Assembly: GCA_030265395.1 (NCBI GenBank)
Contig: JARFYF010000063.1
Location: 35,910,730 to 35,972,656 of the forward strand
Source: Rhina ancylostomus
Taxonomy: Eukaryota
Direction: 5' to 3'
Length of the DNA stretch: 61,927 nt
Below the pieces are notes generated by a model. It was not told where the DNA came from. It did no database searches and saw only the letters and a program-made list of their open reading frames with translations. Made by a program: the position numbers and the translations under genes. Positions 52,571 to 61,927 of this stretch are shown here, piece after piece. Position 1 is the first letter of the stretch; every line of letters begins with the position of its first letter.

Positions 52571-53520
52571 TAAATTGGTATGCTTAACTTAAATCAATGC
52601 CTGAAGTGCCTCAGTAGCTTTATTAGAAGAAATAACTTAAATAACTTAAAATTACTTGAGAAACAGTTGGATACTTAAACAGGGGGAGTGCTGGATTAAT
52701 AAACTTAAAGTTGGATGGCCTTCCTCGTCTATAAATTGCTGTCATTATTCTCTAGACTAATGTTTAATTATGGAAATTCAGTATCTAATACTTNNNNNNN
52801 NNNNNNNNNNNNNNNNNNNNNNNNNNNNNNNNNNNNNNNNNNNNNNNNNNNNNNNTAGGACTTTTATTTTACCTCTGGCTTTGCATGCATGATAATTAGC
52901 ATTAGATCATGGAATCCGCCTTGTGATTCTCCTTTGTTCACTTGTCCCTATTTGATCAATAGTATTCCTGCTATTACAAGCTATAAAATTTTGTTCAGTT
53001 ATTTTCATCAACAAAAAAGTGATGTATTATTAAACCATTTTATCGTGTGTGCACGCATACACCTTCAAAACCAATATGTATGAAGTGTTCCACTACTTTA
53101 GATTAATAAATTGATATTTGCAAGGATGTTAAGGGAAGGTGAAGAACATAGGGGGAAAAGCTGCTTTTCTTTGAGGAGCTTTGATGCATTTGATAACCCA
53201 TCCCTATATTTTATCTCTAAACTAAGCCACTAAGAAATCCACATGGGGTTCTAATTAGCTAGTCTGCACATTTCTTCACTGCAAAGCAACAACCAAGGTA
53301 TCTGGACCCATATTGTGGGTTAAAATTCAAAGGCATCTGGATTAGCTGAAACCATGCAGCTTACCAACAATATCCGGACTCCTTGGAAAAGAATTGGGCT
53401 AATAACATTTTTACTCTATGTAGCAGACTAAAAGTATTGTTTTCATATTTTGGTCCTTGATTAAAGAGTAATATTTCTAATTCCATTTTAAGTTTTGAGT
53501 ACTGCCACTTGTAAAACTTA

Positions 53521-53897
53521 GTATGACACAGTCATTCATCATGGAAAAAGGCTCTTTTGGCCCATCAAAGCTGGTCCTAATTGACTGCATTTGACCAATA
53601 TCCCTCTAAATTTTTCTTTTCCAAGTGTCTTTTAAATGTTGTTAATGTACCTGCCTCAACTGGTTCTTGATTTCTCCAACCCTGGGAAAAAGATTGTGTG
53701 CATTCACTCTATCTCTGCTCCTCATGATTTTATACACCTCTGAGATCACCCCTTGTATAGCCAAAACATAGCATCCCAACTTCCATACTCAGTGCCCTGC
53801 CTGATGAAGGTCATTGTGCCAAAAGCCTTTTGCACCATTCTGTCTACCTGTGACGCCACTTTCAGGGAACTATGTACCTGTATTCCTAGGTTCCTGT
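53521..53897 (-). mobile_element. Antisense CR1-type fragment next to the last acceptor
   Basis: ccaatatccctctaaa...aagtgtcttttaaatgttgttaatgtacctgcctcaac...gccactttcagggaactatg; closely similar to 61790-61880. Confidence 0.85.
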
Positions 53898-53932
53898 GTT
53901 ATACAGTTTTAATACTGTTTTAAATGTTGCAG

Positions 53933-54099
53933 ATCTGCAGGACCTTTTCCATAAATCTACTGGTGGCCAACTTTCTTATCAAGATCTTTACAATTTATTT
54001 GGTACCCAAACCCCTGATCTAGAAGAACTCCGACAGTTTGATGCTAATGAAGATGGAAAATTCTCCCAAACAGAACTCATCAATGCAATTGGTTCATAG
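53933..54099 (+). CDS. EFCAB14: EFCAB14 last coding exon (EF-hand pair)
   Basis: Acceptor ttttaaatgttgcag. Encodes (D)LQDLFHKSTGGQLSYQDLYNLFGTQTPDLEELRQFDANEDGKFSQTELINAIGS*. DANEDGKFSQTE fits a 12-residue EF-hand loop. Stop TAG at 54097-54099. Confidence 0.95.
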
Positions 54100-56151
54100 G
54101 AAACTGAACAACACATCTATTTGGACTAGTGGAGTTTTTTTTAAACTTTGAAGTGCTAACTTCTAATTGCTACAATTGCACCTTTTAAACAGTATTTCAT
54201 TATTGTGCAAAATTTGCTTAGTACTTAGAATAAATATTCCTAACATTAGCTTTGGGCTTTCCCAAACATTGTTTTAATGAAACAGACTGCTTTGAATTGA
54301 GATATCCAAGTAAGGGTTGAATCATTCAGGATAAATTCTTTTTGTTTAAAATTTTGCTCTAGTCTTAAACTGGTTTAATGTACCATTCAAAATCAAACTA
54401 CTGGCAGGTTCTTAAAAACTTGATTTCCATTGATTTTTGGTGAAGATTAAAGTAAATAATTCATATTTTGAATCTTCCAGTGGTGCTGAAGGGAAGGAAG
54501 TTTGCCAATTTGAACTCTCCACATTTGTTTTCTGCCTACCTACCCACCCCTGACATATCTATCCGTTAGGTTCAGAAATCCCTATTATTTTAAAATGGAA
54601 ACAAATCTTGTTAGTCAGCCTTGAGGACTGGAATAATTTTTGGCTGCTTATCTTGAGATTTCACATTTCCTGATCTACATGGCATTGCCAACTTTGAAAA
54701 TTTTCAAAGATCAAAAGTCCCATATGTATAACACAGTAAATGCAACCATTTGTGTGCAGGGAATTAAGACCCTTTTCATTTTGGTTCTATGCTTTAATGT
54801 TTGCACTTCTCAATGTGTGAATTGTAAACAGTCAGCAGCAAAATTAAACTTGCTGGATTTACTAACACTGGCTACTTGGAGGGTGCACTAAAAGGCTAGC
54901 CTTTATAAATGTGGCAAGCTTACTTGAGGTTTCTGCTATCAGTTAGAGTCCTGTAGTACACTGATACAGTTCAAAACCAGTGTAAAGAAATTCTTGGAAC
55001 CAAATGTTGCATCTTTTTGTCTTTGTTTATATTCATTTACATTTTATTATTTCTTGTAAACCATTCCGTAGTTTATTTAAGAACTGGGGTATCTTTAAGT
55101 CTCTCATAGTCTCTCCTAGTTGCTGTCCAGTCAGAAAAGGGATTTTGTTTTGCAGCTTGAGCTTGTTAACAGCTGCAGCAAACAGTGTTATTTAATTGCA
55201 GAGCTAATATGTACACTTAGTGGTTTACAAAACTAGAACTTGTTTGAAGTTTTCTTTGACTTGAGTAATTTTTGACAATGTTTCTTTTAAAGTGACAAAA
55301 TAATTGTATAATATAAATGTAGATAGTTGACAATATATTTCTAATGTTGAAATAAATATGCATTAAAATCAGCAACTGATGTCTCTAGCACATGCTTAGC
55401 AATAAAGTAATATTTTGGGCTAGGAGTGAGATTTCATCTGGTATTGACTTTATATCCCAAGATAACATTCTCTGAATGAACTGCTCGCATTCAATACACT
55501 TCACAAATGCAAAATTAATTAGGCAACTGTGGAAGAGTTTTAACTGTCAATACTAAAATGCTGGATTTCCCAACTCTGGTTTCTGGATGCCATCTTTATA
55601 TTGAATCATAGTATTTTGTGAACAAATTTTTAATTAAAATTTTAAACTTTGTTGCAAACTAATAGATCTTGTCCGATAATGGCCTCTTAATTATACTAGC
55701 AATAAGAGATCAACCTTTCCAGTACTTGTGTGTTTTATTCAGAGATTTGTGGAAAGGTTGGTCTAATTTTGTAAACTGGGTACAGGGAGAAAATGTAATT
55801 CAGGTTGTTTGCACTGTTGGTTGTTGGCTAAATTATTTACATATTATAACCCAATGCTGGTGATATGCCTAAAGGTGAAAACTGGGCAAGTGCTCTGAAT
55901 AAAACTGCTTTAGAGCTGAGACATTTTGGTACTATCATGTATGTGGTAGTCCATAAATGTCCTGTGAAATTTAAAATGTTTAATTATTACTTTTTTTGTT
56001 GTATACGATGCACCAAAATATATTTTTGAGATGTTATTCCTACAATAAAAGGATTAGTTGTATTAAAGTAACAACCATTGTTTTGATGACTTGTTTTGCA
56101 TGTTTTATATCATGTAATGATCAAAATATTTATAATTTGTCAAAGAATAAA
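54100..56151 (+). other. EFCAB14: Probable EFCAB14 3' UTR with several polyadenylation signals
   Basis: AT-rich stretch after the stop with no recognisable transposon. AATAAA at 54229, 55351, 55401, 55898, 56044 and 56146; the 56044 signal is followed by a GT/T-rich tract. Confidence 0.6.
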
Positions 56152-56759
56152 AAGACTATATTCCAACTTGGGTTCAACTTGTTATGAATTTTGCATTGGC
56201 ATAATATTAATAGATGTTACAAATCCATATTAATGAAATACTTATGATCAGTGATAATAGGTCCTAGAAGTACTCAAGAACTAATGCCATTACCTTATTA
56301 AAAATTGAGTTACTGTAACACCATCTGTTGTATCTGCTCAAACAGTGGAATATTAAGAAAAACTTACTTGCATATTGTTTCTCCCCATTTGTGTGAACCC
56401 ATATTCATTTAGAAATTGGATAATGTTTAGTTGTCATTTAATTTAAACTCTTACTCACTACTTCTTTCATAGTATTGTGGTCACAAATTTACTGGTAAAT
56501 AGGTTATACATGTACATAGGTTATACAAAGCCAGTACATCTGAAGCCATTTTTAAAAATTAGAATACCAGATTCAAACTCCAAGTTTTAAAAGGATTTCT
56601 CATAGCATTACAAATAGTTTAAAGTATACAGTTTTACGTACAATCTTACAAGAATGTATTGAATGGTCCAAGATTAAAGTCAGACAACTGTGTTAAAAGG
56701 AAACCCATTTCAACTTTACGTATCCCCTTAAGTTATTTAGGGTATGGGCCTCCAGCCTC

Positions 56760-59700
56760 TCATAACCAAAACTTTCTAAATCAGGCAACACCCTGTCCCG
56801 TGCAGTCATGACCTTCCAATGGTGTGACAACCAAAACTTCACTTAGTACCCCAATTGTGGCTTAACCAAAGTTGTGCCACAACCTGCCTTTTCTTGTATG
56901 GACTAGCCAATGAAGGTAAATATCCCATATGCTTCTTCACCACCTTGATCTGCCTGTGTTGCCACTTTCAGGAATCCTTGGACTTGTATGTTAGGGTCCT
57001 CACTACTTCCTAGGACTCAACCATGCATCATATACGCTTGACCCTTATTAGTCCTCCAAAAATGCACAACTTCACACTTAATCAGAACTTCCAGCTGCTG
57101 TTGCTCTGCACATTTTACCAACTCAGCATTAGCCTTTAAGACTACCCTCCTCACTATGAACACAACCAATTTTTGTATCATCTGCAAACTTGATAACATC
57201 CTACATTCAACTTGCAAACAGCAAGGATCTTGATACCAATCTCTATCACTACTCAGACTTCAAATCTCAAAAATAATGCACTTCTGTCACCCTCTGCCAA
57301 TTTTGTATCACATAGGCTCTGACCTATTGGACTAGTCTCCCGTCTGGGACCTTGTCGAAGACCAAACTGAAGTCTAGGTAGATCACACTGCTGTCATCCA
57401 TACACTTTGTTACCTCTGAAAAATTTAGTCAAATTGGGCAGACAGGATCATCCCCCTAACAAAGTCAAGCTGACTTTGATTAATCCCTGCCTCTCCAAGC
57501 ATAGACGAGATGAAGTGAGAGTAACTACTGCCCTTGACATCAAGGCAGCATTTGATTGAGTATGGCAGCAAGGAGCCCTGGCTAAGTTGGGGGGAAACCC
57601 TCTGCTGGTTTGAATCATACCTAGCACAAAGTAAGATGATTGTGGTGATTGGAGGACAATCATCTCAGCCATAGAACATTTCTGAAGGAGTTCCTCAAGA
57701 ATAGTGTCCTAGGTTAACCATCTGTAGCTACTTCGATGACTTTCCTTCAATTGTAAGGTCAGAAGCAGGGGCGTTAACTGATGATTGCACAATGTTCAGC
57801 ACCATTTGCAACTCTTCAGATCAAAGGCAGCAAGACCTGGGCTGAGAGATGGCAAGTAACATATGCACCATACAAGCTGCAGGTAATGACAATAACCAAC
57901 AAGAGAAAATGCAGCTATCACCCCCCTGACATTATCTGGCATTACTTTCACTGAATCTCCCACTATCAATATCCTGAGGATTACCACTGACCAGAAATGC
58001 AACTGGAGTAGCTTCTATAGAGACAATGTGGCTATAAGAATAGGTCAGAGGCTAGGAATCCTGTGGTGAGTCATTCACCTCCTAACTCCCAAAAGCCTGT
58101 CCACCATCTACAGGGCTCAAGTCAGGACTGTGATGGAATACTCTCCAGTTGTCTGTACAAGTGCAGTTCCATCGATGCTCAAGAAGCTCAACACCATACA
58201 GGACATAGGAGCCCACTTGATAGGCATCCCATTCACAACCATTCACTCACTCCACCACCAACGCACAACAGTAGCAGTTTGTACCATCTGCAAGATGCAT
58301 CCTAGCAACTCACAGTGACTCATTAGACAACACCTTCCAAACCCACAACCTCTACCAGCCAGAAGGACAAGGGCAGCTAAAGCATGGAAACACCACCACC
58401 TGGAAGTTACCATCCAAATCACACACCATCATGACTTAGAACATAGAACAGTACAGCACAAGAACAGCCCCTCAGCCCACAATGTTGTGCTGAACTAATT
58501 AACCTAGTACTTAAAAGCCTACTTATCGAGTCTCTTCTGGCTACACAAGTCCATATCCCTCCATTCTCTGCAGATTCATGTACCTATCTGAGACTTGTTA
58601 AAATGTCTCTATTGCATTTGCCTCCAGTACCACAGCTGGCAGCACATTCCAGGCACCCACCGCTCTCTATGCAAAAAAAGTTGCCCTGCACATCTCCTTT
58701 GAACTTACCCCTTCTTACCTTAAATGCATGCCCTCTAGTATTAGACATTTCAACCCTGGGAAAAAGATACTGGATGTCTATTCTTATCAACTTCTATCAG
58801 GTCACCCCTTAGCCTCCACCACTCCAGAGAAAACAACACAAGTTTGTCCAACCTTTCCTTATAGCACATGTCCTCTAATGCAGTCAGCATCCTGGTAAAC
58901 CACTTTTGCACCCTTTCCAAAGCCTTCACATCCTTCATATAATGGGGTAGAATTGAATGCAATACTCCAGATATAGCCTAACCAGAGTTTTATAAAACTG
59001 CAACATAACTTCTTGATCTCAAAGCCTCAACTAATAAAGACAAGCATGTTATATGCCTTCTTTACTACCCTATCAATTTGTGTAGCCACTTTCAGGAAGC
59101 TATGAACCCCAAGATCCCTCTGTACATCAACACTTAAGGATCCTGCCATTAACTGTGTACTGTCCCTTTATATTTGATCTCCCAAAGTGCAACATCTCAC
59201 ACTTAATTCAACACCAGGGCTGAGTTAAAGTCCATCTGTCGTACCTTCACCAATATCTACAACTGATCTTTATCTCATTGCACCTTTTGGCAATCTTCTG
59301 CACTATTTCACAACACTACCAATTTTTTTATCATCTGCAAACTTACTAACCCACCCATCAATGTTTTCATCCAAGTCATTTCCATATATTACAAACAGCA
59401 GAGGTCTGAGTACAGATCCCTGCTGAACACCGCTAGTCATGGACCTCCAGCCAGAATAAGTCCCATCAACCACTAACCTATGGGCAAGCCAATTCTGAGT
59501 CCAAGTGGCCAAGTCACAGTGGATCCCTCACCTTCAAGCACATTCCCTCCTTTATCCTTGAGTGGTCCTACCTTCTCCCTAGTTATCTTTTTGCTCTGAA
59601 TGTAGGTGTAGAAATACCTTGGGATTCCCTTTAATTCTACTTGCGAAGGACTTTTCATGGACCCTCCTGTCTCTCCTAATTCCTCCCTGGAGTTGGAAAT

Positions 59701-61927
59701 ATATTGCCATTCCTTTACCGTTACTGGATTAAAATCCTGGAACTCCCTCCCTAACAGCATTGTGGGTATACCCACACCTCAAGGACTGCAGTGGTTCAAG
59801 AAAGCAGCTCATCACTCCACCTTGTCAGGGTAACTAGGGATGGGTAATTAAGTGCTGGCTCAGCCTTTGAAGCCTACATCCCTTGAATGAATATATAAAA
59901 GATACATAATCCTAATTACAGGGATAAGTCAGGTAATTACTTCCCTACCACAGATATTAGACCAAAAGGCCTGTAATCATGTGATCTATTCCTGCTACCC
60001 TTCTTGAATAAAGGTACACATTTGCCTCAAAGTCAACAGGCATACTTCTCATCAGGCCTTGGAGATATATCCACCTTTAAACCTATTAAGACAGCTAATA
60101 CTTCCTCTTTATCGACAGTATGTTCTATCCCTAAAATCTCCCAATACAGCGTCCTTCTCCTCAGTTACTACAGATGAGAATTATTCATTTAAGGCCTCAC
60201 TTCCATTCTCTGGCTCCACACACAGATTGCCATTGTGGTTCATAATGGGCCCTAATGTTTCCTTGGTAACCCTCTTTAATACACTTATAAAATGTTTTGC
60301 AACTTTCTTTAATCCAGTCTCTCCACATAACTGAAACATACAATCTCAGGCAACATTCTGTCTCTCTGCACCTTCTCAATTGCAATCGTGTCCTTCCTGT
60401 AATGTGGGAAGTAGAACTCGATACAGTACTCCAGCTGTGTGCTAACCAATTTTCATAAAATTGTACCATAACCTCCCTTTCTTATATTCTGTGCCTCAGT
60501 TCATTAAGTTGTATTTCTTATGCTTTTTTCTCCACCGTCTGCCTGTGCTTCCACTTTATACATCAAGGTTCCTTTGTTCCTCACAACTCCTTGGGCCCTA
60601 ACATTAATTCTGTATGTTTTATTCTTATTAGTCCTCCCATTGTGCATCACCTTGCACTCATCAGGGTTAAATTCCATCTGCCAATACTCTCAATCCTGTA
60701 GCCTATGACTCTCCTTCTCGCTGTCAACAACACACCGATTTTCATGCCATCTGCAAATTCACTAGTCATACTTCCAATATTTACATCCACATTATTAATG
60801 TACATAACAAACTGTGAGCACTGATCCCTGCACTGCACCATTGGTCACAGCCTTTCAATCACTAAACAACTCTCCACCATCAGACACCAACTCTTATCTT
60901 GGATCCAAAATACCAACTTGCCTTGGATCCCATGGGCTCTACCTATCTGGACCACTTTCCCACTCGGGATCTTGTCAAACACCATGCTGGTCTATATAGA
61001 CGACAAAGTTATGTCTCGGGAAAAATTCAATCAAATTGGTCAGACAAGATCTGCTCATAACAAAGCCATGCAGAATCCCTTTCCACATGTAGATTAATCC
61101 TGTTCCTCAGTTTTTTTCCCTCCAACTGACATGAGACTCAGTCTTTCAATTACCCGCTGCCATTCTTGAATAAAAGCTACCACATTTGCTGTTCTCCAAT
61201 CATCTGGCACCTCACCCATGGCAAATGAAAATGTAAAGATNNNNNNNNNNNNNNNNNNNNNNNNNNNNNNNNNNNNNNNNNNNNNNNNNNNNNNNNNNNN
61301 NNNNNNNNNNNNNNNNNNNNNNNNNNNNNATAAAACCTCCTCATTTTTAATGGAAATATGTTTTAGAATTTCACCATCCCCTTCCTGAATTCTCCAACTA
61401 CAAGTCAGATCTGCCACTATATCTTCAACATATAGAGACTTGAAGTCCACTATATCAACTGTCCAATGAATAGCTGAATGTCTGTGACAAACACAATGCC
61501 AAATTAAACTAAATCTCTTCTGCCTGTACATGATCCACACCCTCCATCCCCTGCATATTCATGTGTCTAAAAGCTTCTTAAACACCACTATTGTATTTGC
61601 TTTCACCACTATCCCGGATGGCCCGGTCCAAGCACCTACCACTCTGTGTAAAAAAAAAAGGTTTCTTCGCACATCTAAATTTTCCCCCTCTCACCTTAAA
61701 TGCATGTCATAGAGTCATGCAGTACAGAAAGAGGCCTAACTGGTCCATGCCAACCAAGATGCCCACCTAAGCTGGTCCCATTTGCCCACATTTGGCCCAT
61801 ATCCCTCTAAACCTTTCCTATCCATGTACCTATCCAAGTGTCTTTTAAATGTTGTTAATGTACCTACCTCAATCACTTCCTCTGGCAGCTCATTTCATAT
61901 ACTGACCACCCTCTGGGTGAAGAAGTT
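56760..61927. mobile_element. Nested LINE cluster: antisense CR1 copies and one sense LINE of a second family
   Basis: ORFs read GVQQGSVLRPLLFVIYGNDLDENIDGWVSKFADDKKIG (59303-59512 -), PHYMKDVKALERVQKWFTRML (58750-58962 -) and GEVPDDWRTANVVAF (61094-61540 -). The sense element at about 57505-59895 reads ALDIKAAFD*VWQQGALAKL. Confidence 0.9.

Noticed and set aside
56700-61927. Exons of a downstream neighbouring gene
   Set aside because: The ORFs I could assign here are LINE ORF2 remnants or their antisense shadows; no host-gene exon was recognised.

Overview
Vertebrate genomic DNA, most likely from a cartilaginous fish (inferred from the repeat set: CR1 LINEs, HE1/V-type SINEs, Deu-type SINEs, Penelope-like, RTE and Rex1 elements). 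It holds one recognisable protein-coding gene, EFCAB14 (+ strand, CDS 12282-54099). Nine coding exons were found with GT-AG boundaries and compatible phases, giving 1290 nt or 429 aa. Two short phase-0 exons that I recall from human EFCAB14 (exons 6 and 8) could not be located. A CpG island covers the promoter and exon 1, and the rest is mainly decayed transposons plus several N gaps. I found no convincing new multi-gene system. The best leads are a candidate spliced divergent transcript from the CpG island, a 5' leader with uORFs and an in-frame CUG, a shortened first EF-hand, hammerhead-ribozyme fossils in Penelope-like termini and a Harbinger-type Myb/SANT fossil. Human comparisons and repeat-family calls are from memory, not alignment, and repeat boundaries are approximate.
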